Shown one piece after another: positions 55,278 through 64,000 of a stretch of DNA of 64,000 nt. Below the pieces are notes generated by a model. That model made no database searches. It saw nothing but the letters and a program-made list of their open reading frames with translations, and was not told the origin of the DNA. Within the stretch, counting starts at the first letter, position 1, and every line of letters starts with the position of its first letter. The stretch is from Clostridia bacterium (GTDB taxonomy: Bacteria > Bacillota > Clostridia > Christensenellales > UBA1242), in contig JAQVWL010000002.1 of NCBI GenBank assembly GCA_028709705.1, forward strand, positions 68,184 to 132,183, given 5' to 3'. Both the position numbers and the translations under genes were made by a program.

Positions 55278-57191
55278 TTAATTTGTAATAATTACAACTG
55301 TATCGTTTTCAAAAACTGTTGATGAGGCAGATGGTATTTGCCCAACAATTTTAGACCCACTTCCATCAATTTCATAACTTAAATTCAATTTTGATAATTG
55401 TTGAACTGCTTCTGTGATTGACAAATCTACAAAGTCTGGCATTGAAAAACTTTTAAAAATTTTTGATGCCATTTTTTCATCATCTGGCGGAATATTGTAA
55501 TAATCAAAAATGTCTTTAAAAATCAATTTTGCATAAGGTGAAGCAACAATACTGCCAAAATATGCACCTGCACCGGGTTCATCTACCATAAGGAGAATTG
55601 TATATTCTGGATCGTCAACTGGGTATGTTCCAACAAAACTGCTTATATATTTTCCTTGTGCTATTGCATTGTTTTCATATTTTTGAGTTGTTCCTGTTTT
55701 TCCGCCTACTGCATAACCTTGAACAAAAGTATATTTTCCTATTTGTTTGCTAACTGTCAAATCCAACATATCATTTATTATTTTTGAAGTTTCATCGCTT
55801 ATTACTTTTCTTACTAGCGTTGGCGAAAAATTTTGTATGGTGTTGCCATTGTTATCTGTTATGCTTTTTACCAAATAAGGTTTGTAAAGATATCCGCCGT
55901 TAACCGCTGCGGAAACAGCAGTTATTTGTTGAAGTGGCGTGACTGCAACCGCTTGCCCAAACCCCATTCTTGCAAGGTCCACATTTTTTACAATAGACTT
56001 ATCCATCAAAATACCAGAACTTTCGCCACTTATTTCAATTCCACTTTTTGTTCCATATCCATATTGATATAAATATTTATAAAAAGTATCAAGCCCAATT
56101 CTTTGTGCAAGTTCCACAAAAACACAATTGCAAGAATTTGCCAATCCTTCCGCTAATGTTTGCGAACCGTGACCAGTTGACTTCCAACATTTTATTATTT
56201 CGCCATCAACAAAGCAATATCCGGGGCAGTAAAAAGTATCACTTAATTTTGCTTTGCCCGTTTCCAAAGCAATAGACATAGTCAAAATTTTAAAAGTTGA
56301 ACCCGGTTCATAAACATCAACAACTGTTTGATTTTTTACTGTTGACATCAAATAAGAAACATCTTCTCTTGGAATGTTATTAAGGTCAAAACTTGGTTTT
56401 GTTGACATTGCCAAAATTTCCCCTGTTTTTGTTTTCATAACAATGCAAGAAGCACTTTTTGCCTTTTGTTCTTCCATTACCTTGTTCAAAACTTGTTCGG
56501 CAGTGCTTTGAATATGAGTGTCAATAGTAAGATTTATGTTGTAACCAGCAGAAGCAGAAATAAAATACTCTAATTTGTTATCCAAGCTTACTCCCGTTAA
56601 ATCGCTTTGCACCAAACTAAAACCGTTTGTTCCGCACAAAATATCATTAAAATATGCTTCAATACCTGATTGACCATTGCTGTCAACGCTGGTAAAACCC
56701 AACACCTGCGTTAACAAATCTCCAAATGGATAATATCTTGCTGGATTTTCGGTTATATAAACACCATCTAGTTGATTTTTGTAAATTTTTAAGGCAATAT
56801 CAGATTCAACCTTGTTAGAGATTAAAACTTCAGAAACAGTGCGATTGCTAACTTTATCAAAAACACTTGAAAAACTCAAATTCAAACTTTTTGCCAAAAT
56901 TTCTGCCACTTCAACGGGGTTTTTTATCTCTTTTGCTCGTGTGTATATGTTATAACAAGTATAAGAAACTGCAAGTGTTGCGCCATTGGTATCACTTATT
57001 TTCCCCCTTTCAGCAACAATGGGTAAACTTCTAGTCCATTGGTCTTCTGCCTTACTTTGCAAAAATTTTGCATTGATAATTTGCACAATAAAAAGGCGTA
57101 TAAAAAGTGCAATAAAAACAAAGGATATTAGCACCAATAAAACTAATATCCTCTTTTGTAATGAATGAAGATTAAAACTTTTGCTGGTCAA
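55278..57191 (-). CDS. Penicillin-binding protein (class B transpeptidase, FtsI/PBP2B-like) with a C-terminal PASTA domain
   Basis: STFK, SCN and KTGT motifs, N-terminal TM helix. TTG start after GGGAGG. Confidence 0.88.
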   Translation of the reverse strand: MTSKSFNLHSLQKRILVLLVLISFVFIALFIRLFIVQIINAKFLQSKAEDQWTRSLPIVAERGKISDTNGATLAVSYTCYNIYTRAKEIKNPVEVAEILAKSLNLSFSSVFDKVSNRTVSEVLISNKVESDIALKIYKNQLDGVYITENPARYYPFGDLLTQVLGFTSVDSNGQSGIEAYFNDILCGTNGFSLVQSDLTGVSLDNKLEYFISASAGYNINLTIDTHIQSTAEQVLNKVMEEQKAKSASCIVMKTKTGEILAMSTKPSFDLNNIPREDVSYLMSTVKNQTVVDVYEPGSTFKILTMSIALETGKAKLSDTFYCPGYCFVDGEIIKCWKSTGHGSQTLAEGLANSCNCVFVELAQRIGLDTFYKYLYQYGYGTKSGIEISGESSGILMDKSIVKNVDLARMGFGQAVAVTPLQQITAVSAAVNGGYLYKPYLVKSITDNNGNTIQNFSPTLVRKVISDETSKIINDMLDLTVSKQIGKYTFVQGYAVGGKTGTTQKYENNAIAQGKYISSFVGTYPVDDPEYTILLMVDEPGAGAYFGSIVASPYAKLIFKDIFDYYNIPPDDEKMASKIFKSFSMPDFVDLSITEAVQQLSKLNLSYEIDGSGSKIVGQIPSASSTVFENDTVVIITN

Positions 57192-57785
57192 TTAACCTCC
57201 CAAAATGTTTTTTAACCAAGTGCAAAATTTGTCAAACCAATTTGTTTGTGGTTGAATAGTGCTTGGTTCGGCAAATGGTTGTGGTTCAATATCAACTACT
57301 GATGTGATAATGTTGTCGCCGTTTTCTACTTCCTGAAAACCATCAAGTTGCTCAATTTTTATTAAATATTGCAGTTCGCTTATTGCATAATTTGTTTTTG
57401 AAAGTTCAATAGCATTGCCAATAACCCAACCACCACACATTGCAAAAATCAAACAATAAACAATGCTAACAAGTTTTAGTCTAAATTTTCTTTTTTCTTT
57501 GACTTTTTGGTCAACCTTTAAGCCCGTATCTTTTACTTCAATAAAATCATAATTTGGCGTTTCCAAAACTGCTTTTGGCATTTTTTTTATTACTTTTTCT
57601 TGTTTTATTTCAGTTTTTTTAGGTTCTTCCAAGTTTTGTGTTTGAAGTGGTCTGTGATAAACTTCACTTTGTTTTTTTATTTCTTTTTGACTATCAAAAT
57701 TTTTTGTAAAATCACTGCTAAAAGGGCTTTTTACAAAGTCTTTTGGTTTTTCGACAACAACAACTTGTTCTTTTTCGTTTTCCAT
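57192..57785 (-). CDS. Bitopic membrane protein, possibly an FtsL/DivIC-like division protein
   Basis: A charged N-terminal region, a single TM helix (LVSIVYCLIFAMCGGWVIGNAI) and a short coiled segment. It lies immediately upstream of, and abuts, the PBP gene. Confidence 0.4.
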   Translation of the reverse strand: MENEKEQVVVVEKPKDFVKSPFSSDFTKNFDSQKEIKKQSEVYHRPLQTQNLEEPKKTEIKQEKVIKKMPKAVLETPNYDFIEVKDTGLKVDQKVKEKRKFRLKLVSIVYCLIFAMCGGWVIGNAIELSKTNYAISELQYLIKIEQLDGFQEVENGDNIITSVVDIEPQPFAEPSTIQPQTNWFDKFCTWLKNILGG

Positions 57786-57913
57786 TATACTTTATTACTC
57801 CTTTTGCTTAATTATTACAAAATTTGCTATAATAATTATAACAAATTGTATGCCTTTGTAAAGCGAAATAAAGTTTTTAAAATCAAATTTTTTGGTTTTA
57901 ATGTGGTTATTGC

Positions 57914-57942
57914 TTGCACTTTTTTTGCTTTTTTGCTAAAAT
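57914..57942 (+). promoter_or_regulatory. Promoter with near-leaderless spacing for cca: TTGCAC-N17-TGC-TAAAAT-N8-ATG
   Basis: TTGCAC at 57914-57919, extended -10 TGCTAAAAT at 57934-57942, then 8 nt to the ATG at 57951. No Shine-Dalgarno sequence. Confidence 0.5.
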
Positions 57943-57950
57943 TAATAGTA

Positions 57951-59207
57951 ATGAAAATAAAAATATCTCAAAATTTGATGGAATTTGCCCAAACTTTAAA
58001 CAAGTTTGGAATTTTATATATTGTTGGCGGTTATGTAAGGAATTCACTTTTGGGTTTTACCGATACTGACATTGATTTAACTTCCCGAATATCCCCAGAA
58101 AAAATGACAAAAGTTTTAAAAAACACCAAATTCGAAGTGTTAGAAAAATCCACAAAACTTGGAACAATAAAAATAAAATGTCAAGATGAAATTTGGGAAC
58201 ACACAACATTTAGAAGAGATAATTATTATAGCAGTGGAACTCACAAAGTCAAAAGTGTGGACTATGTGGAGGATTTAAGGCAAGATGCCCAGCGCAGAGA
58301 TTTTACAATAAACACAATTTATTATGATATATTACAAGAAAAAATTTTTGATATTTATTCTGGTTTGCTTGATTTAAAAAATGGAGTGGTTAGATGTGTT
58401 GAAGTTCCTTCTTTTGTTTTTGCACACGATGGGTTAAGGATTTTGCGTATGATAAGACTTGCTTGTGAACTTAATTTCAAAATTGATACCACCACTTTTG
58501 CAACAGCAAAAAAACTTGGTCATCAATTAAATGATATTTCAGGTTACCGAAAATTTTTGGAACTTAACACAATTTTAAACTCTTCAAAAAGATATGCTGT
58601 TTCCAAAAAAAATGCACACATAAAAGGTTTAATGTATTTCAATGACTTGAAAATTTGGAATAGTTTTTTTGTTTCCACCACTAGGGTTCGTTTTAAAATG
58701 ATAAAAAAAGTAAGTTTGCAAAATGCTTTTTTTGGACTTTTGATTGACATTATTGACACAATCAACCCAGATTGTATTGAATATTACATAAAATATTTGC
58801 TTGGCAAAGATGCTTTTGGTCAGTCAACAAACATAATAAATTACACCAATATGATAATTTGCGGTTATTATGACGCACTTAACAAAATGAACAACAAAAA
58901 ATATTTTTTTAAATATTTTAACTATTTTGACAAAATTAGCGAAATTTTATCTCAAAAATCAAACACTTTATATTCAAAATACAAGTTTTTTTACAGTTAC
59001 ATAAAAAAACATAAACTCCCAGTTTCGTTAAAAGAATTGAAAATTGACGGAAATGACTTGAAAGAATGTTTGCCTGCACTTTCGCCAAAAAAATATAATT
59101 CTGTTCTTACAGGCTTGTTAAGCAAAGTGTTTGATGCCGAAGTTGCAAATGAAAAAGATGACTTGATAAAGGAAGTAAAAAATGATTTTAGAAACGATAA
59201 TTATTAG
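57951..59207 (+). CDS. cca: tRNA nucleotidyltransferase (CCA-adding)/poly(A) polymerase family protein
   Basis: YIVGGYVRNSLLGFTDTDIDL and RRDFTINTIYY. The start at 57600 in the ORF track is a spurious extension antisense to the upstream gene. Confidence 0.8.
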   Translation: MKIKISQNLMEFAQTLNKFGILYIVGGYVRNSLLGFTDTDIDLTSRISPEKMTKVLKNTKFEVLEKSTKLGTIKIKCQDEIWEHTTFRRDNYYSSGTHKVKSVDYVEDLRQDAQRRDFTINTIYYDILQEKIFDIYSGLLDLKNGVVRCVEVPSFVFAHDGLRILRMIRLACELNFKIDTTTFATAKKLGHQLNDISGYRKFLELNTILNSSKRYAVSKKNAHIKGLMYFNDLKIWNSFFVSTTRVRFKMIKKVSLQNAFFGLLIDIIDTINPDCIEYYIKYLLGKDAFGQSTNIINYTNMIICGYYDALNKMNNKKYFFKYFNYFDKISEILSQKSNTLYSKYKFFYSYIKKHKLPVSLKELKIDGNDLKECLPALSPKKYNSVLTGLLSKVFDAEVANEKDDLIKEVKNDFRNDNY

Positions 59208-60450
59208 TCTTTTGGGGCTTTTAGTAATTTCGAATTTGGTATTGATTTTTAGAAAAATAAAAAATGTTGACAATTATAGCGAAAGTTTAATCAAAAACAA
59301 TTTTACCGCACAAGCGGAATTATATCAACAAATCAACAAAATGCTGATGGACAATATAAAAGCATACAACGATAGCGTTTTGAACACAATCACACAACAA
59401 TCTTATTTACAAAAACAAGAATTTAATATCATACAAAGCAGACTGGAAAACATTTTGAAAAGTAATGAAGACAAATTGAATAGAGCGACTGATGTTTTGG
59501 GTAGTGGTTTGGCAAAATTGCAAGCGGATAACGAAAAGAAACTTGACCAAATGCGACAAACGGTTGATGAAAAATTGAATATAAGTTTGGAGAGGCGACT
59601 TACCGATAGTTTTAACACTATTAACCAAAGACTTCAATCAGTTTATGAAGGGTTGGGCGAAATGAAAACCCTTGCAACCGGTGTGGGTGACCTCAAAAAG
59701 GTTTTGTCAAATGTAAAAACAAGAGGCACCTGGGGCGAAATTCAACTAGGAAACCTGCTAGAACAAATGCTTTCCAAAGAACAATATCTTACCCAAGCGG
59801 ATATTTGCGGAAATGGTGAAAGAGTTGATTTTGCGGTTGTGTTGCCCGGCAAAGATAACGAAAACATTTTTTTGCCTATTGATTCAAAATTCCCTATGGA
59901 AGATTATCAAAGGCTTGTCGATGCAAGCGAAGGTTGTAACCCTGTTGAAATTGAAAACGCACTAAAAAATATTGAGAAAAAAATCAAACAAGATGCAAAA
60001 AGTATAAAAGAAAAATATATCAAACTTCCGCAAACAACGGACTTTGCGGTAATGTACTTGGCGATAGAGGGTTTGTATGCAGAAGTTGTTCGCAGAAACG
60101 GTTTGGCAGAAAGTTTGCAAAGAGATTACAAAATCATTGTTTGCGGACCAACAACTTTTTCAGCACTTCTTAATAGTTTACAACTGGGTTTTAAAACCTT
60201 GTCAATAGAAAAGCGTTCAAGTGAAATTTATCAACTTTTGGGAATGTTTAAGCAAGAATTTGGCAAGTTTGTAGAACTTTTGGCAAAAACGCAAAAAAAA
60301 TTGGCAGAAGCATCAAACACTATTGATTTTGCAACAAAAAAATCAAAAACAATAGAAAAAAAATTGAAAAGTGTTTCAACAATGGTAGAGGATAGCGATA
60401 TTGGTTTGATAGAAGAAAATATAGAAGTTACATCAGAAGAAAATGAATAA
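59182..60450 (+). CDS. rmuC: DNA recombination protein RmuC
   Basis: N-terminal TM helix, coiled coil, WGEIQLGNLLE, VDFAVVLPG and IDSKFP motifs. Confidence 0.85.
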   Translation: MILETIIISLLGLLVISNLVLIFRKIKNVDNYSESLIKNNFTAQAELYQQINKMLMDNIKAYNDSVLNTITQQSYLQKQEFNIIQSRLENILKSNEDKLNRATDVLGSGLAKLQADNEKKLDQMRQTVDEKLNISLERRLTDSFNTINQRLQSVYEGLGEMKTLATGVGDLKKVLSNVKTRGTWGEIQLGNLLEQMLSKEQYLTQADICGNGERVDFAVVLPGKDNENIFLPIDSKFPMEDYQRLVDASEGCNPVEIENALKNIEKKIKQDAKSIKEKYIKLPQTTDFAVMYLAIEGLYAEVVRRNGLAESLQRDYKIIVCGPTTFSALLNSLQLGFKTLSIEKRSSEIYQLLGMFKQEFGKFVELLAKTQKKLAEASNTIDFATKKSKTIEKKLKSVSTMVEDSDIGLIEENIEVTSEENE

Positions 60451-60524
60451 CAAAAAAAATACACAAAAAATCAAAAAAGTGTATTTTTTTTATTGTTTTA
60501 AGCAAAATAATTTATGGAGCAATT

Positions 60525-61790
60525 ATGAAGATAAATAAAAATTTTTTTAAAATGCTGATAAGTGTTTCTACTGTTGTGATTATTGGAATTGCAATCTTTT
60601 TGTTTACATTGTTAAGTGGAACGGCAAATGATTTTGATTTGCAAAACAAAAATTATGAAAACACACCAATAGATGAAATTGTTGACCAAAAATTGCTAAA
60701 AAACAATTTAAATAAAAGTGTTGAATTGATTTTTGGTGACAACACTTACACTTTAAAGGAAAATATAATTGACAATTTGACAAGCATATCCAACGACCTT
60801 TATATGCCTGCTCAAAATGCAAAGGTAATTTTCAATCCAGACAACGATGAAGTGTTTGTTTTTGAAGATGAAGTTGTTGGAAGGCAAGTTGATGTAACCA
60901 ATTTGGCATATTATATAAAAGACAATTTGGAAAACAACCGCCAAAATCAAATAGTTATTCCAACCACATCAATAGAACCTGAAATAACAAAAAAGGAACT
61001 TGAAGGTTTGATAAGGTTAAGAAGTCAATTTTCCACATCAGTGGCAACTTCTCCCGCCAACAGAAAACACAATGTTGGTTATGCTTTAAAAGCGTTTAAT
61101 GGTTTAGTTGTAATGCCAGATGAAATAGTTTCTTTTAACAAAACAACGGGCGACCGAAATTTTAATTCTAACTACAAAGAAGCAACAATAATTATGCAAG
61201 GCGAGTTTGTTCAAGGATTGGGCGGTGGAGTTTGTCAAGCGTCAACAACGCTTTACAACGCACTTTTGCGTGCGGATATTGAGGTTTTGAGAGTAAACAA
61301 CCACTCATTACCTGTTGGCTATGTTTCTTTGGGGTTTGATGCAATGGTAAATGACACTTCATCAGATTTAATTTTTAAAAACAACACCGGCAGTCCGCTA
61401 TATTTTATGACAAATGTTGATGAAGAAACTGCAACCGTAAAAATTTTTGGCACACCGCTGGAAGAGGGTTTGACCATAGAAACAAAATCTGAATTTATAA
61501 AAGAAATACCGCACAAAGGCGACAAAATAATTCCTGACACCAATGGCAAATACGCAAACAAAATACTATACAAAGGCGAATATTTGCGTTTGAAACAACC
61601 GCAAAACGGAAAGGAATGCAAAGGATATTTGCAATACTTTAAAAACGGAGAATTGATAAAAACAAAAGAAGTAAGACATGTGTATTATCAAGGTGCTGAA
61701 GGAATAATAATGGAAGGAACGGAAGAGTTGTACGAGGGAATGTCTTTGCCTAAAAACACAGTAAAATTTTTTACTCCAACAGCAGAATAA
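60525..61790 (+). CDS. VanW-family protein
   Basis: N-terminal TM helix and VanW core GGGVCQASTTLYNALLRADIEVLRVNNHS. Confidence 0.8.
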   Translation: MKINKNFFKMLISVSTVVIIGIAIFLFTLLSGTANDFDLQNKNYENTPIDEIVDQKLLKNNLNKSVELIFGDNTYTLKENIIDNLTSISNDLYMPAQNAKVIFNPDNDEVFVFEDEVVGRQVDVTNLAYYIKDNLENNRQNQIVIPTTSIEPEITKKELEGLIRLRSQFSTSVATSPANRKHNVGYALKAFNGLVVMPDEIVSFNKTTGDRNFNSNYKEATIIMQGEFVQGLGGGVCQASTTLYNALLRADIEVLRVNNHSLPVGYVSLGFDAMVNDTSSDLIFKNNTGSPLYFMTNVDEETATVKIFGTPLEEGLTIETKSEFIKEIPHKGDKIIPDTNGKYANKILYKGEYLRLKQPQNGKECKGYLQYFKNGELIKTKEVRHVYYQGAEGIIMEGTEELYEGMSLPKNTVKFFTPTAE

Positions 61791-61820
61791 TTACAAAAAA
61801 CAAAAAAAATCCTTATAAAA

Positions 61821-61858
61821 AACCTTTATTCTACTTCGACAAAATAAAGGGTTTTTTA
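61821..61858 (+). terminator. Intrinsic terminator after the VanW gene
   Basis: CCTTTATT(61823-61830)/AATAAAGG(61843-61850) followed by GTTTTTT. Confidence 0.7.
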
Positions 61859-61937
61859 TTTTTCAAAAAGGTTGCAATTAAACGCTTTTTATTGTAAAAT
61901 ATTTAGATAATAATTTTTTTACAACAAGGAGTTTAAA

Positions 61938-64000
61938 GTGGGATTATTCACATCACAAAACACAAAAAATGTTAATGTGCTTAAAAAAATTGCTGACCAA
62001 GTAATGGCAAAAGAAGAAATCTATTCAAAAATGACAGATGCCGAATTAAGAGAAATGACAACCAAACTTAAAGAAAGGTTGACAAAAGGCGAAACTCTTA
62101 ATGATATTTTGCCTGATGCTTTTGCAGTTGTGCGAGAGGCGAGTTGGCGTGTTTTGCAAATGAAGCATTTTTATGTGCAAATATTGGGTGGAATTGCACT
62201 TCATCAAGGCAGAATTGCAGAAATGGCAACAGGGGAAGGAAAGACTTTGGTTTCAACCTTGCCAGCATATCTTAATGCGCTTAATGGCAATGGTGTTCAC
62301 ATTGTTACAGTCAACGAATATTTGGCAAAAAGAGATAGCGAGTGGATGGGCAAAATCCACAAATTTTTGGGTTTGACAGTTGGTGTTGTTTTTGGCGGAA
62401 TGGACCAAAAGTCAAGGCAACTTGCATACAATTCGGACATAACATATGCAACAAACAACGAGTTGGGTTTTGATTATTTGCGTGACAATATGAAAACAAA
62501 CGCAAAAGACAGAGTTCAAAGAACGCACACTTTTGCCATTGTTGATGAAGTAGACAGTATTTTGATAGATGAAGCCCGAACACCGCTTATTGTAAGTGGC
62601 GAAGGTATGAAATCAAGCGAAACATACTACACTGCCCAAAAATTTATTACAACTCTTGTTGAAAAAGAAGACTATGAAATAGACTTGAAATACAAAACAA
62701 TTCATTTAACAGAAAATGGAACAACAAAAGCCGAAAAATACTTTAAGGTAGAAAACTTGGCAGATTTGACTTGCATTGAATTAAATCATCACATAATGAA
62801 TGCTTTAAAAGCAAATTATATTATGTTTAGAGATGAAAACTATATTGTCAAAGATGACGAAATTGTAATTGTTGATGAGTTTACTGGTCGTTTGATGGTT
62901 GGCAGAAGATTTAGCGAAGGTTTGCACCAAGCAATAGAAGCAAAAGAAAATGTAAAAATAATGAACGAAAACAAAACTCTTGCGACAATCACTTTCCAAA
63001 ATTATTTTAGACTATACAAAAAATTGAGCGGTATGACAGGAACAGCAAAAACCGAAGAAGCGGAGTTTAACGGAATTTACAAACTTGATGTTGTAACAAT
63101 TCCCCCAAATATGCCAAACATAAGAGTTGATGATGCGGACATTGTTTACACCACCCAAAAAGGCAAAATGAATGCGGTGGCCGATGAAGTGGAAGAAGTT
63201 CACAAAACGGGCAGACCGATTTTGATTGGAACAATAACAATTGAAAAAAGTGAAGAGTTGTCAGCAGTTTTGCGAAAAAGAAAAATTCAACACGTTATTT
63301 TAAATGCCAAAAACCACGAACAAGAAAGTGAAATTGTTGCCCAAGCGGGAAGAAAGAACGCAGTTACTATTGCAACCAATATGGCGGGTCGTGGAACAGA
63401 TATTTTGCTAGGCGGAAACCCAGAATTTTTGGCAAAAAAACAAATGAAGGAAGAAAACTTTACCGAAACACAAATTTTGCTTGCAACAGGTTTTGTAAGT
63501 GACACAAGTGAAGAAATTAAAGTTGCAAGGCAAGCATATAACAAATATTATGAAAAATACAAAAAAATCACAGATGCAGAAAGGCTTGAAGTTGCAGAAC
63601 TTGGCGGTCTTCACATTGTGGGAACTGAAAGGCACGAGTCAAGGCGTATAGACAATCAGTTAAGAGGTCGCTCGGCAAGACAAGGCGACCCGGGTTCAAC
63701 CATATTTTTTATCAGTTTGGAAGATGATTTGATGCGAAGATTTGGTGGCGAGTGGCTTCAAAAAGTTGCGGCGTTTTTAAGGGTTAATGATGACACACCA
63801 CTTCAAATGAGAATGCTTTCTAAACAGATAGAAAAAGCACAAAAAAGAATAGAAAACCAAAACTATGCTTCAAGAAAAAATGTTATTCAGTTTGATGATG
63901 TTATGAACAAGCAAAGAGAATTGATTTATGCCGAAAGAAACAAAGTGCTTGATGGAGTTGATGTTCACAATCAAATTTTGGAAATGTTCCCAGATTATGT
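61938..64000 (+). CDS. secA: Preprotein translocase ATPase SecA (3' end beyond the window; not in the ORF track)
   Basis: GTG start at 61938, 6 nt after AAGGAG. Read from the sequence: ...[17 protein letters not shown]..., [40 protein letters not shown] and [11 protein letters not shown]. The frame stays open to nt 64000. Confidence 0.95.
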   Translation, partial: MGLFTSQNTKNVNVLKKIADQVMAKEEIYSKMTDAELREMTTKLKERLTKGETLNDILPDAFAVVREASWRVLQMKHFYVQILGGIALHQGRIAEMATGEGKTLVSTLPAYLNALNGNGVHIVTVNEYLAKRDSEWMGKIHKFLGLTVGVVFGGMDQKSRQLAYNSDITYATNNELGFDYLRDNMKTNAKDRVQRTHTFAIVDEVDSILIDEARTPLIVSGEGMKSSETYYTAQKFITTLVEKEDYEIDLKYKTIHLTENGTTKAEKYFKVENLADLTCIELNHHIMNALKANYIMFRDENYIVKDDEIVIVDEFTGRLMVGRRFSEGLHQAIEAKENVKIMNENKTLATITFQNYFRLYKKLSGMTGTAKTEEAEFNGIYKLDVVTIPPNMPNIRVDDADIVYTTQKGKMNAVADEVEEVHKTGRPILIGTITIEKSEELSAVLRKRKIQHVILNAKNHEQESEIVAQAGRKNAVTIATNMAGRGTDILLGGNPEFLAKKQMKEENFTETQILLATGFVSDTSEEIKVARQAYNKYYEKYKKITDAERLEVAELGGLHIVGTERHESRRIDNQLRGRSARQGDPGSTIFFISLEDDLMRRFGGEWLQKVAAFLRVNDDTPLQMRMLSKQIEKAQKRIENQNYASRKNVIQFDDVMNKQRELIYAERNKVLDGVDVHNQILEMFPDY

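Noticed and set aside
57600-57950. The long N-terminal extension of the cca ORF (start at 57600)
   Set aside because: It overlaps the FtsL-like gene in antisense and is Phe/Leu/Asn low-complexity. The conserved nucleotidyltransferase N-terminus starts at the ATG at 57951, directly after a good promoter.

Overview
This window looks like the origin-proximal part of an AT-rich chromosome (roughly 30% G+C by eye) from a low-GC Gram-positive, Bacillota-like organism that makes a cell wall. It uses genetic code 11: TGA is a stop, and prfB carries the classical CTT-TGA-C +1 frameshift. Most of the content is core genes. They include a lipid kinase and an LtaS-like enzyme; the str operon (rpsL-rpsG-fusA-tuf); dnaB, cdd and phosphoketolase; the minus-strand run parB-parA-rsmG-mnmG-mnmE ... 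jag-yidC-yidD-rnpA-rpmH; dnaN and dnaA, also on the minus strand; recF; two P-type ATPases; prfB; RNase J; cwlD/gmk/lemA/DUF2207; rpmE-murB-PHP-whiA; glmS; dnaE; an FtsL-like gene plus a PBP; cca; rmuC; a VanW gene; and the 5' part of secA. rpmH, secA, the full frameshifted prfB, the 5'-truncated first CDS and a frameshifted gene at 8 kb are absent or only partly represented in the ORF track, and I found them by reading the sequence. The items most worth follow-up are: (1) an 84-nt, ~58% G+C, almost gap-free four-way-junction palindrome that fills the mnmE-mnmG spacer; (2) a two-copy structured repeat of ~131-136 nt, each copy starting at a CGC-TGG-TAA stop, with compensatory stem changes between copies, and one copy followed by a ~280-nt G+C-rich island inside an abnormally long 496-bp rpsG-fusA spacer; (3) a three-gene module (a 65-aa ORF plus two tandem PIN-like paralogs) inserted in the normally conserved jag-mnmE neighbourhood; (4) an apparent in-place inversion of the dnaA-dnaN block, and a convergent gene-polarity junction carrying three parS sites and a DnaA-box dyad; and (5) a recurring promoter-to-start-codon spacing typical of leaderless mRNAs at genes that lack a Shine-Dalgarno sequence. 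All coordinates, spacings and G+C figures were counted by hand. No database search, folding or statistics was run.
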